Of a DNA stretch of 64,000 nt, positions 49,001-62,100 are shown in pieces. A program made the position numbers and the translations under genes. The notes under the pieces are model-generated. The model worked only from the letters and a program-made list of their open reading frames with translations. It ran no database searches and was not told where the DNA came from. How positions within the stretch are numbered: the stretch's first letter is position 1; every line of letters starts with the position of its first letter. The DNA comes from Marsupella aquatica. Taxonomy: Eukaryota; Plantae; Marchantiophyta. Location: positions 3,806,944 through 3,870,943 of the forward strand of contig OZ316894.1 of the NCBI GenBank assembly GCA_973895155.1, given 5' to 3'.

Positions 49001-51675
49001 GTTTGGTAGGGAATGCTGAGATTGTCATACACTTTTCGGGAGACAATTCTCATCTTTGCTCTAATGCGTTCCTGCAGGCATTATCTATAAGACAACCATC
49101 GTGCCTTCCAACACTTTCTTCGTGGTAATTATGATGCCATACCATGCACGATATCTTCGAAATTACCCTTTGAAAGATGTTAAGCCTCGGTTGTTGGACA
49201 GGACATTGATCGCTGCTTGAAATCAGCTCTGTGCCATTTTCATTAGTTTAAGTTGACAAATTCCAGAAACATGGAGTTTCCTAGATTTAGCTGGTAGATT
49301 ATCGATTAAGTTAATATTTTCCTGGGGTGCAGTCACCATTGCAGTGGTGTCTCGGTCTAGATACATCGATAGCATATGTTTCGATCATAGTGGGGTCCTT
49401 ATTCATATGGATATCTTAACTGGCAGTCGAGTGTCCTTCTTGGGCAAAACCCCTTGGCATAGCGGATTGCAGTGATTTAAATAGAATCATTAAAATCATC
49501 GAAAATGGTGCAATGGTCTTGGCTAAGTAGTTCACTCTGCAGAACTATCTGTGTCTTTGTATCATTTGTAGATGCTATACCTACTTTATAGGACGCGGGT
49601 GTCCATTTTCGTTGAGCTGGCCTAGAATTTGTGCCTCTTAGAGACGCTCCATATTTTCGCGTTCAGACAAGTCGAGCTCTAAAGCACGTTGATGTTTTCT
49701 TTTGCAGGTGAACGTTGGATATGCGGAGGCAAAGGTGGGGGAAGTCTTTGTGATCTGAAAATATGGATGATACTTAGGCAGGAGTTCACTTAACGGGCAC
49801 TTTTCATTTTTGTTGGCCTTCACTACCTAATGCACCGTAACAAGAAAAGTGAGTTTTCTGGCCGAAGAGTTCTTGATAAGATAGAGGATCAGAGGGTGAC
49901 AGTCTGTGCTAAACTTGTCTGGCAGTCAATTGTGGGCTTCGTGTGTTCAACTGAGCAGTTCGCAGGCATTGCTTTCAGCCTAGTGGAGTTAAACCCAAGA
50001 TTCAAATTAAAAATGGATCGGGTGGAAACTAGGCTAACAAAGTTGGCCATAATTTCCTGCTGTCTTTTCCTTGACAGGTGGAAGCAATCATGAATGATTT
50101 CATGCAGCTTCGACCAGATATAAACCAAGTCGAAGATGAGACTGTGGTCGAAGGTATCATTTGATGGCTACCAAGAGCATTCTTTTCTATTCAATCGGTG
50201 ATGAATATTCTTCACAATTCAGAATACAAAATAGGGATCTCTTGATCCAAACTACCTATCGTCAATCAATGGGTCTCCTCGTCAGATGTTCCGCTGACGG
50301 CATTGCGAAGCAGGAAGGCAGTTTTTGAAATGCAAGCCAGAAACAGGCTTGAAAGTTGACGTCACTTTATTACAATTGAGGTGGGGAATGATTGGGCGTA
50401 GGGTTTAGTGGAAAACGTGGCACTGAGGATGTGACCTTTGCTGGCTGTGCAGGAACATTGGAGGGATTTGCGTTTGACCTTGACAATGACGGTGAACCAC
50501 TAAGTACTCCTGTGACGGCAGCTGGGCCTGTAGGCAGTGATTCCGATGAGGACACAAAAAAGAAGAAGAAAGTCCCTACCAAAGTACAGGTAGTTGTCCT
50601 ATTGCCGCAAGAAAAATTGCAGATCAATTTATGGAGTTTCACGAGGGCTGGGCTCGCGATAGATGTGAAATAATTTTGTTTTTTACAGACTACTGGACTT
50701 GACGCTGACTTTTGGCTGTAAGAAGTATCTGAACTACCTGTGACACCTGTCCGGTCTTTCAAGTCGGTCCACCTTATGTGCGCTTGTGGATCGAACAGAA
50801 ACAAAAGAAGGTGGCTATCAAAGGCGGCAAAGGCAGCCGAGCTAAAGGAGCTGGAAAGGTAATTCGTTTCCTACATAAGGCCATTTCAAGAATGAAGGTG
50901 ATAGTCCACTAATCCAAGACAACTTGAATGAACCATGACGTCTTGCATGAGATACCAATATTATGTTAACAAACACATCTTTTAGTGCAAAATGTAGCGA
51001 AACCATTTGAAGAAAACATACCTCCGAATTAAACAAAGATTCAAGATACCTGTTTATGGTGCAGAAAGGCAAAGCCTCCAGTAGAAGATCACGTAGAACA
51101 GGCAGAGAATCCAAACGAAGGGGGAAGGTGAAGTGTTCATATCTGCTGTCAGAAAACAGACTCCTTTTATTTAAATCATATTCCACTCCGAACATTGAAA
51201 TGAACTCGTCTCCAAAGTGAGAGTTTAAAATTCCTCAGCAGAATCTACGAAGAAACGATCTTAATTTTTTGCTCTTAGCAAATCTTCTCAGACTGGTGTC
51301 CTATGGTTTTTGTAACCTGACAATGCCTTAAGCTACCTAACCGTCTGGTCTCAAAATTTGTACGGTTTAGTTTAATTTACAGTTCAAAAGCAGTTTGAGG
51401 GATCACAGTAGTGCTGGGGTGTCACTTTGTCATGACACTTCCGCAATTGTGCGTAAATCTCCCACATCTTCCCTTTGCTGTGCTGATAGTCTGACTGAAT
51501 ATGATCGTTATATATTGTCACATACTGTTGTTTTTGAGTCGTTGATCAGTGGTCCTGTCTATATTCACAGGGTGCTACGTCCAAGAAACCAAGAGCGAAA
51601 GCAAAAGTAACCGCGAAGAAGCCTTCGAAAACAAAACCTACTGCTGCCAAAGGCGTCAAATCCAAAAAGTCTTAG
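46025..51675 (+). CDS. BIN4: DNA-binding protein BIN4/MIDGET (topoisomerase VI accessory subunit), ~497 aa, 10 exons
   Basis: Exons 46025-46057 (MNDPDWMNEFQ), 47164-48000, 48408-48458, 48668-48788, 49078-49124, 49708-49734, 50078-50153, 50453-50589, 50799-50858 and 51571-51675. Core LPVIFAEKVHRTKVLLECEGDALDLSGDMGAVGR..LDLKGIIYKTTIVPSNTFFVVNVGYAEAKVEAIMNDF..EGTLEGFAFD; Lys-rich tail. Confidence 0.93.
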
Positions 51676-51831
51676 GACAAGCGGGCTAAGTCCCAGTGCG
51701 ATAAATGATAGGGAGGGTAAGTCCCTATCTGCGGACTCATTTTACATAAGCAATGGAAATGAGTTCTTCACTGAAACGTATCCAGTTCTTCTATTCTCGT
51801 TCCCGTGTGGGTTTTACTCTCCTTAAAGGAG

Positions 51832-52550
51832 CTACTCCGGGAGCGGATTTGATGTTCCCATTGCATGTCTTGGGTCATATCTAGTTTGGTTTGCATCGTG
51901 ATAAATATTGGCCAACTGCACGGAATCACGATGTGCTAGATGACCTGAACCTGTTCGTCCATTTTCCACATCTACCTGATCTAAACATACCTCGGTCATT
52001 GTGGGCAGCTGAGCCACATTAATGCAACGTCCAGCTGCATCGATCATTTTATTGAGCTGATGGGCGTCATACACACTATTCAGCCGGGGATCCACAAGCT
52101 CCGCGGTATTGCCTGCTTGCAGCAAAGGTTGTGCCTGTCAATAATTCAGGAACCGTCAATATCAGTGGACACTTCAACTGTGCTGTAATCCAGTAGCGGC
52201 TCAATCACACTGACCGTTTTGACCGAGTACGACGCACACATTCAAAACGCCTCAAGACTTTTCCAAACAAGGGAGACCCAAGCTGCAAACCGTTAAAACT
52301 CCACCCAATTTCCAGAGATTTTCGCAAACCAGAGAGCAGTAGCTATACACAGTTGAACTAAATTGAATGGCCCCAAAAGTTTAGTGACAAATAATTTTCA
52401 TCTGAGTGGGCTGTTTTATAATGCTTTCACACCTTTCTCCACCAAATCAGAAATTTAGGGCTAGCTGAAAATTGACTTATCTGGATTTCAATGAGTGCTT
52501 AGTGAATATTGTGGCTGGGTGATCCTTCAGTCATGATTCTTGATTGTTGA
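51832..52550 (-). pseudogene. RLK/Pelle kinase module copy C: subdomain X-XI exon only
   Basis: Exon 52134-51991 AQPLLQAGNTAELVDPRLNSVYDAHQLNKMIDAAGRCI..PTMTE is near-identical to 60118-59975; 52305-52550 matches 63380-63635. Confidence 0.75.
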
Positions 52551-55500
52551 GAGTCCAATTACCTCCTTTCCTGCCTCCTTCTTTCTATCGAGCTTTCTAT
52601 AGTTAGTTGATTACTCTAACGCACGATAACAGCATACGATGCATCCTCCAAAGGATACACCAAAGCTGCCTACTACCAACATTTCTCCATGTCTGTTCAG
52701 CTTCCTTAAGAAGGTAGACGGGTGTGGCAAAGCCAAAACAACATCAAGATGCCAAGAAACATGAGTAGCTCGATCAAGAGGGTGTAAGACATTGCCCATC
52801 ACTCTCTGACTGCCAGATCTGTGCCGACATATGTCTGTCACACTAAAGCCATTCCTGAGGTACTCAGGTTTTCTGCAGTGAAATACGAAGGGCCCCTTGT
52901 ATTTCACTGAGGAAACTGGAATAGCTAGGAGTGCCAGGTGCCACAGTTGGTCGTAAGACTCATTTTCGGGTACACGAGATGGAATCAAGGCGAGAGTCAA
53001 GATAAGCTGTAAGCAGCCGTGGGAAGGTAGGGTGGCATCATACAACATACACGCATGCACGTCTTTGATCTATCACACATTAGTATATATTGGTATGCGA
53101 TTTGGATCAAATTAAGTTTACAGACAAGGACCCCCTCTCAAGATCGAGGGCTTCACATTCTGAAAGTTTTTCTGCTACATGTGGAAGGGTCCAGCTAGCT
53201 AGTCCCTACACCATGCACCCCTTTCAAGTAAGTGGCTAAAGGACGAGGTCCGAGTCACATTACCAAGAGCTACCTATTGTCTCAATTGATATGTGAGCCC
53301 GTATGCGAGTTTCTATGCGAGTTTGTAGTGGTGAGGCCCTGAGGTCCGAGCCTTAGCCTCACCACGTTCTTAGATTAGGGCAGATGCAATTTCAGGTATC
53401 AAATCTAGCCTGGATATATTGTGTATATGCATGAACATTAACTAAATTGTCAGAGCTAGCTCCCAGTAAATCTCAGGTCTTTAGGTGACAACTACCAATT
53501 CAAGAAAACAACTTTGCTTGCAAGCTACATTGCACGGATTTAACACTCTAATTAGTACCTTTGATGTACATAGTTACATGACCAATACTGTTAAAACTTG
53601 TCACAATTTCGGAAAACTCATTTGTAGTCGAACTCGATGTACATGTGGAAACCTATGTTGTGGGGAAAAATTCCTAGTGACCCATTACGAATGACTTGTA
53701 CAGTTGATCGATCCCATGCCAAATTCTGATTATTACAGCCGTTGTCTGGTACAATCACGGTTGATGGATTTACAGCAACGCCTAGTAATGAGAGCGACAG
53801 GATTGACAGGATTCAGGAGCAGATCATGACTCTTTCATTTGTCAATTAGATGGGATAATCTATATCAAGAATATTAATGGTGAAGCTCCCCTAGCATGGT
53901 CAATTCAGACCCACCGTGGAGGAGTCGTCAATGTTTGGCAACTGACCTACTGGACTTTGATGGAATTGAATGCGTCATTCCTCCAATGGCGAGAGGTCAA
54001 TCAGATCCAGGATCGATATAGACAACCTCTTGGAACTAAATCAGATGTCCCTGGAATGTCCCATAGTTGGCATCGTGAATGGTACGTTTCAAACACTATA
54101 CTAGGCATATTCCAATTTCCGTGCCAGACAGTCCTATTTCCCTCTGTCTATAGATTGGAACCCATGCACTTTCATGAACCCCTGGCCAACTAACCAGTTG
54201 GCTACCAGTCTAGCTATTTACTTCCGCTATGATGGTAGACCTTAATTAGTCACACCGCCTGGCCGACCCTACTAGATTACCAGTTCCGTTTGGTATTTTA
54301 CATCCGTCATAGAGCTCTAGCTCCTAGCAAGAACCAGTCCCCACAGACTGCGGCTCTTGCAAAAATGACCTTTCTGGTTTCTAAGACTCCAATAGTTTCT
54401 GGCTAATGTCATCAAACATAGCTTATTACTTGCGTCTTGTCTTTACAAGGTAAACCTTGAACTGTAACTGAGATAAATTTGTCACATTCTGGCCCCGGAG
54501 CATAAGTACTCCGGGGGGTAAGTCCGATCCTTTAGAGTAAGCGCACATAATTCTCTCCAATTTGTAGATCAGAGTACGATCGATGGCTTTGAAGTGGAGA
54601 TCTTCATGTATCAATATCTGAACTCACTCACTATGTAGTGAGGCTTAACTTACTGGTTTGACAGGAAGTGCAATGTGTGAACTCATTCCACCAGTGAGGC
54701 TGTCACTTTATTAGTGGCTTGGCAATAAACACAACGACAAAATCCAAATAGGGGAGACACAAGATGCAAAACCGTAAAAGCAGCACACTAGCCACAATTG
54801 AGACAGGCGCATCGGTCAGCGTCTTGACCCATGAGTGGACTAGTGGGATTGTTCTAGTTCAATTCGAGATGCTAGAGCACTTATTTTTCACGAGAGCGGG
54901 GACACGGTAGTTGGAATCAGCATGGTGATCGACACTACTATTGTAATCGAATCACCTATTGCAAACAGAATGGGAATCAAAGCTATGACTTGCAAACTTT
55001 CACAATGGAAATGGGCAGCCAAGATTGCACAATCATCAGGTATACTGCATATATATGGTCGTCAGGATGTAACTACGTACAGCTCACCTACCCATTCCAT
55101 TATAGTCAGTGGTCCTCTTGTTCTTGTCGTGTCCACAGCTTTCCGCCCGGTAATGAGCTCCAAAAGCATTACACCAAAAGTGAAGACATCCGATTTATCT
55201 GTCATGCTGCCAGACTCTGCATATTCCGGAGCCAAAAAACAAGACGTCCCCATGCTCAAGCCGACTCGTTGCTGCAGCTAAAACTCCAAGAAACGTACCG
55301 GCCAGTCAGTACGTGCTACTCGAGTTATTTGAGTGAGGTAAAAATAAAAGATCAAACACGTGAATCTAATATGTTCCATTCAAGAAAGAGTAGTGTCCAC
55401 CCAAGTGACATTTAAAGATCACGCAATACTTGGATATTCAAATGCAGTGCCATATCTACGGGGTTTGCTTTCACGAATCCCACAAACGAGCCTGAATGCG

Positions 55501-55635
55501 CATTCTTTGATAACGATATACTGATAACAAAATTCAGCATGCATGATCATTTTGATATACCATAGATACTATTTCGCTCTCCATCGACATACATTTGGTG
55601 GGGTCGTGGGGCGTTAGAGGGTTCGCTCTAGAAGA

Positions 55636-55850
55636 CCCCAACTCTAGCTTGTGTTCACTAATTAATAATAAGATGCACTGGATCTACTCGGCAATACTGT
55701 TAAAATGAGTGAGAAACTGAAGTAGTCAGAGTAAAAACGTAAGTAGTCCCCAACTCTAGCTTCTGATTGCAAATTAATAATAAGATGCACTGGATTTACT
55801 CAGCAATAATCTTAGAATGAGAAACCGAAGTACGTACTAAGAGTAAAAGG
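55636..55850. repeat. ~111-bp tandem duplication in a kinase-module intron
   Basis: CCCCAACTCTAGCTT..AATTAATAATAAGATGCACTGGAT(C/T)TACTC at ~55636 and ~55748. Confidence 0.85.
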
Positions 55851-57154
55851 ACAGAAATTATCGCTAGCCCGAACAGTGACGCAAAGTTTGCTTACGTACG
55901 AAAGAACTCTACAATTGCTCTTACCATTCCTGATTCAAATTTCCAACGATAACAAACCTCTCGACTATTGTGGAATTCAAGATGACCTGAGAGACTCTCA
56001 GTTGGCCTGCCATGGATGAGTGCCGGTGCAAGAAACTAGCCAGTACCATAGAGTCCACAAAGTTAGGCCTTCGTGTAATACTGTTCGGCACAACGCTGCG
56101 GGCTTGAGAATCTTCATGTAAGTAGCGCAGCCCTCGTGCAGCTCCAACAGCGATTCTCCATCTCGTCTTCCATGGGAGGATCTCAGAATTGCCCGCTGCA
56201 GCATCCGGAGTTATAAATTATTAGCTTGCGTCTGCAACTATATATGACATTCTTGGACAGAAAATACTGAGAAGACTCAGATCTTGACATTTATCGGTCG
56301 GCCGTGTGATATTTCTGACTGAGCCACTAATTAATCCAATTCTCATTATGATCGAGTCTACGTCATCCGGCCAAGAGCTGCACCCATATATGAAGCTTGG
56401 GAGCTCTCCCGCCTGCGTTGCTCGATACTCCCACTTTTGTAGTCGCCGGTAGCAATATCTCCGTGGGAGATTTGCGCACTATGACATTAACCAAGTGATC
56501 GATTGATTAAGAAGCCCTCGTATAGCCGGCGCAGCCGCGCTGGGAGATTGAGCACTTAGCGTGATCTCTCCTGATATAACTTACAGACACCACATATAGT
56601 CCACTCTTTGGATATCTCTCTCGCGAAATCTGTCCAAGTTATAGACGACAGCTGGAAGGTGACACAGGGATTGATTGGGCTGCCATCATGGACAGGAATG
56701 TTGTGGTCTTCGGTCAGACTAATTACAGTTTCTTTCAGGAGTTTCTGCTATCGTCTTCCTAATGTCTAACATTAATCGAAGACCGAATCCATCGGACGGC
56801 AGACGGGACACTCTTTAATGTTAGCCAAATCTCGTAGTCTCCGCAAGGGCGCCGCCATCACATGAGCTGTGATATAATCCAATGTATACTTTGCAAAAAA
56901 TTGATACTCGCTGTCGGATGTGGAGCACCAAGATATAATATTTTTTGATAAAGACTTTGGTGACCTTTCTCCTTGTATATTCTCCATAAATGCACCTTTT
57001 TTTTAGGAGGGGATTCATACAAAACATCATAAAAGTATAAATTAAATTAAATTTAGTCAAGATCTCAAGATGATAACCAAATCTTATATGATGATACTCA
57101 CAAAATTCTTATGAATAAAATCTAATATAACTACAATAAAGAATTTATATGTTT

Positions 57155-57206
57155 GACCACTTTTTTGGATGGACCACTTCTTGGATGGACCACTTCTTGG
57201 ATGGAT
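57155..57206. repeat. 16-bp minisatellite x~3
   Basis: TTGGATGGACCACTTC units. Confidence 0.9.
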
Positions 57207-59159
57207 CGTTTGATTAAAATTTTCTATTTCAAGGATTCATTTTTTCTTATTTGTTAGTGAAAAGTTTCTCAAGTTTTAAGTATATTAATATCCTAGTTAC
57301 AGACATTATGAAAATAATGTACTCAAAAATCGGGGGCATTATATCCCACTATGCCCTCTAACCAGGATATTATCCTATTCATAAAGGTGATACTTGCAGT
57401 CCCCCTTATGTCATGCACAGAAAAAAGCAAAGGGTCTGGTAGCGGTCTGAAACAAAAGTTGCTTAGCTAAAATCTTTCACACATGCAGCTCAGCTGCAGG
57501 ATCTCAACAGGAAAATTCCCATACTGCCACAAGACCCTGATGAGATTATCTCCAGTTGATGGAACAGATATTTGCAAAAATTACCCATTAAACGTGCAAC
57601 CCACCGGACTCAAATGAACGGTAGAACATGGTGAAAGGGATACCATCCAGCCTCCAGTTGGTATTTCTGATGGACCCCTCGTCCGACTGGTTGGTCAATG
57701 GCCCAGATTGTAAGTTTTAAGACTGCTTTCAGTTTATAATGAAATCTTGATATATTTCTTGATATGGAGTGGGGTATGGAGTAAAAGTCTTATCGAGCAA
57801 AAAATTGAGTCAAGATGTAGCCAAGAATCGAAGCCCCAAAGCCCATTCTGAATCAGATTAAACCTAAGTATCCACTCGTTAGAATGGCCACTATTGATAG
57901 TAGAGACATTGGATTTTGCGGTGGTGGACTCAATTCGTTGTTACACTTCACATACCAAAAACTATAATGACACTTAAAAAATCAAAAACTACATAATACA
58001 CTGTTGCGCCAGAACTTGGAAGGGTTGTGAATTAAATCTGGCTTGCTGTTTTGGGTACAAAATATGAAAAATTGAAAAAGTGAAGAATAAACCAAATATA
58101 ATTCATTTTTGAAACAAAAACTTAAGAAAAAGCTGAAGACCAATCATGATTCTCATCAAACTATTGATTTTTTACACTGTCAGATCCATCTATACACCTT
58201 ATCTAAAATGTATGCCCAAGCCACCTTCATCTGACTGCCCAAGATAAAAAAATTAAATAAAATTTATTTATATCTAATTAATTTAATTTTAAAAAATTGG
58301 AAAAAAATTGGAGATAAAGATTGTAAAAAGATGTTGGGATAATTAAAAACATTGAGCTTGACATTTCTTTCTTGATCTTTGACAAATTTTTCTCATTTTT
58401 ATAACTTTTTCTCACCTCAACATAATATTTTTTTCTCGTCAACACTTTTTTCCCACCTTGATTTCTTGTTTTCACCTACATTTATTTTTCTCTCATGGAC
58501 ATCTTTTGTTAATCTTAACATCTTTTCTCGTCTCATCTTTTGTGCAACACCCAGCAAGACACACTCAGGGGCTACACTCAGGCGGGGACACAGGCATAGG
58601 GCTAGGGCTAGACAGTGCATTATATGTTAATTCCCCGGTTAGTTCAGAGGGAGGGTCATATATACATATACATATATTGGGTTTAGGGCAGAGTTTCTAA
58701 GGGAACTTATTATTTTTGTTTTTGCCTTGGGGGGGGGGGGGAGGGCGGAAGACAGAATTATCTGGGTAGAGGGCCCCCAAGTACCATTTTCCCTCTTATT
58801 ATGAGCCGACCATTTCAAGGATGCACTAGGTTGGACTGCCGCCAACCTAATCCTAAACAACAACGGAGAGAGCGCAGGGGCAGGTGGAGATGAGGGATCT
58901 CACAAAATTTCAGGACTGCATACCCTTCGATCGTGCACACCCCGTGACATACTGGGTGCAACTTTTTGCTTGCTTCCATTCTTTTTGCTGGTTTGTCAAT
59001 GCTTACTCATTCAGGCTTTAGGGTGCAAATTAAGTCCTCGCAGTTTCGTTCAGTGATTGGGTCAAAACGTTCATAAGATCATGTAACAATTTTGGGTACT
59101 GTCAACAATCATGTCTTTCCGAGTAAAATCTTGAACTGGAACTGAGATTTGTCGTGTTG

Positions 59160-62100
59160 CCCTGAGGATAAGTACTCCCGGGGGTAAGTCCTTTAGAGTA
59201 GGCCCATAATTCCTTCAATTTGCTTTCATTACCCAAGAACGAAATTCCAACACCAGTCTAGGTTTCAATTGGCTTGGTTCGTGACAATTCAAGCAGAACC
59301 TAGATATGCTACCTTGAATGCAGTTGACTGACAGTTTAAACTGACGAAATCTTGACATGTGTACGATTTGGAGGTCTCATCCAAGTCAAGCTTGTTGTCC
59401 TCGATAGAGGGAGAGTGAACGCACGATGACGTCAAAGCATATCAGCGTAAGTCAGACGAGGCGCCTTAGTTTGGGTCTTGGAACTGAAGCCTGGTATGCC
59501 GCCACCCAGAGAATTGGAGGCTTGTCTCAAGATGACCTCAAGCTTCCCCGGTGTGCCGCCACCGGGAGGCTTCGCCTTTATGCGTTGAGCTTGGTCGTGG
59601 ACCGGTACGATCCGCTGTCGCTGTTGGATGGCGGTTTGGACTGGAGTCTGTAATTTGCGTTCCAGAATTTTTAGCACCTGCGTTGCCCAAAAGTAGCAAT
59701 ATATCGATCACGATCAGTAAGGTAGCTTTGAAGTGATGATGTCTATGTATCAATGTCTGAACTCGTTCCACCTAGTTAGGCTTCACTTACGGGTTTGACA
59801 GGTCGCGCACAGAAGAGAAAAGATTTGAAAAGATTCACTTAGAAAGTAATTTAGGATCAAACCAATACATGTTTCAATATATATGGGTGAACTCATTCCA
59901 CTAGTGAGGCTGTCACTTCATTAGTGACTTGACAATAAACACAATCAGAAAATGTTTCCTTTGTCAATAGATACCTCGGTCATTGTGGGCAGCTGAGCCA
60001 TATTAATGCAACGTCCAGCTGCATGGATCATTTTATTGAGCTGATGCGCGTCATACAGATTATTCAGGCGGGGATCCACGAGCTCCGCGGTATTGCCGGC
60101 TTGAAGCAAAGGTTGTGCCTGTCATTCAGGAATATTCAATATCAGTGGACAATTCAATTCAGCTGTGATCGTCCAGTAGCTGCTCGATCGCACTGACCGT
60201 TTTGACTTGGGACGCGCACATTCAAAACGCCTCAAGACTTCAATTTTCCAAATAAGAGAGACCCAAGATGCAAAACCATAAAGGCAACAGGGATTCAGAC
60301 GAAGGCACAGCCTTATCGGTCAGCGTCTTGCTCCATAAGTGGAGCAGTGGGATTCTTCTTGTTCGAGATGAGCTAGGGGTACTCATTTCTTAGAAGGGCA
60401 GAAGCCATGGTAGTCGGTGACGTACACTACGATCCTAGCTAATCAAATCACCCATTGGACATTGGGATAGTATCAGAGCTATGACGAGCAGACTTCACGT
60501 CCTATGGAAATGGGCAGTCAAAATTGCGCAATCTCGAGGTATAACGTATATGTAAGGTTGTCAGGATGTAACTACCCATTCCATAAGAGTAATTGGTCCT
60601 CTTGTTCTTGTCGTGTCCACAGCTTTCCGCCCAGTAATGAGCTCCAAAACCATTACACCAAAAGCGAAGACATCGGATTTATCTGTCATACTGCCAGACG
60701 TCCCCATGCTCAAGCCGACTCTATGCTGGAACCCCACCAAGCCAGTCCGTACGTGTTAATCAAGTGATTTTGATGCGAGTGTTCTACTACATGAATCTAC
60801 TATATATGTTCCATTCAAGAAACAGTAATTTCCACCTTAGTGACGTGTGGAGATCATTCAATTTGTCTAGTGTATGCAATAATTATGGGATTTATCTTAA
60901 TAGAACTAGTTCTACTTCCACGAATCTGACAAAGTAATGGATCTCCTCCGCAATACTGTTAGAAGGAGAAACCGAAGTCGTCAGACTAGAACTACAGAAG
61001 TTACCTCTACTTCGAATTAACAGTGGCGCAAAGTTGACTGACCTAGCTCGCTATTTTCGAGAATGGAAATAGTTCTCCGATAGCTCTTACGATTCCTGAT
61101 TTAAATTACCAATGATAACAAACCTCTCGACTGTTGGGAAATTCAACATGACCTGAGAGACTCGACCTCAGTTGGCCTGGCATGGGTGAGTGCCGGTGCA
61201 AGAAACTAGCCAGTACCATGGAGTCCATAAAGTTAGGCCTTTGTGTAATACTGTTCGGCACAACGCTGCGGGCTTGAGAATCTTCATGTAAGTATCGCAA
61301 CCCTCGTGCCGCTCCAACAGCGATTCTCCATCTCGTCTTCCATGGGAGGATCTCAGAATTGCCCGCTGCAGCATCCGAAGTTATACATAATTAGCTTGCG
61401 TCTGCAACTATATATGACATTCTTGGACAGAAAATACTGAGAAGACTCAGATCTTGACATTTATCGGTCGGCCGGGTGATATTTCTGACTGAGCCAGTGA
61501 TTAAATTCTTATTATGATCGAGACATCATCCGGCCAAGAGCTTCACCCATGAAGCTCGGTAGCTCTCCCGCCTGCGTTGCTTGATATATCCTCCGACTTT
61601 TTAGTCGCCGGTTGCAATATCTCCGTCGGAGTTTTGCGCAATCTGACATTAACCGAATGATCTAATTAATGATTAACAAGCCCTCGTGCAGCAGGCCGGC
61701 GCAGCCGCGCTAGAAGATTGAGCACTAAGTATGCTCTCTCCTGAGTCACAGTATAGACACGACAATTAGCCCACTTTTAAGCTTCTCGAGAAATCTGTCC
61801 AAGTTATACCAGGACGGCTGGCAGGTGTGACACAGATTGATATATCGGGCTGTGATCGATCCCTGACAGGAATGTTATTGCCGTCGGCCAAAAAATTGAA
61901 GTTTCTACTATCTAGCTTCTTCCAAATGAACATTACTCAAGACCGAATCCATCGTTAGCACCGATGCCAGATCCGACACACTTTAATCTGAGCCAATTCT
62001 CCTAATAGCCACAAGAGCCACCGCCACCACCTTAGCTGCAATGTAATTTAATGATATATACTCGCTGTGGCCCCCTTTCAATTGTAGTAGTATTAGTAGA

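Larger units (their letters stand above)
54490..57720 (-). pseudogene. RLK/Pelle kinase module copy A (pseudokinase or pseudogene; own X-XI exon deleted)
   Basis: Exon 56195-56047 LPWKTRWRIAVGAARGLRYLHED..; exon ~55271-55092 GTSCFLAPEYAESGSMTDKSDVFTFGVMLLELITGRKAVD..EW. Flanks align to 59160-62470. Confidence 0.8.

Noticed and set aside
58658-58741. (TA)-rich tract and a 13-nt poly-G run
   Set aside because: Simple sequence within AT-rich TE-like DNA; no further structure supported.
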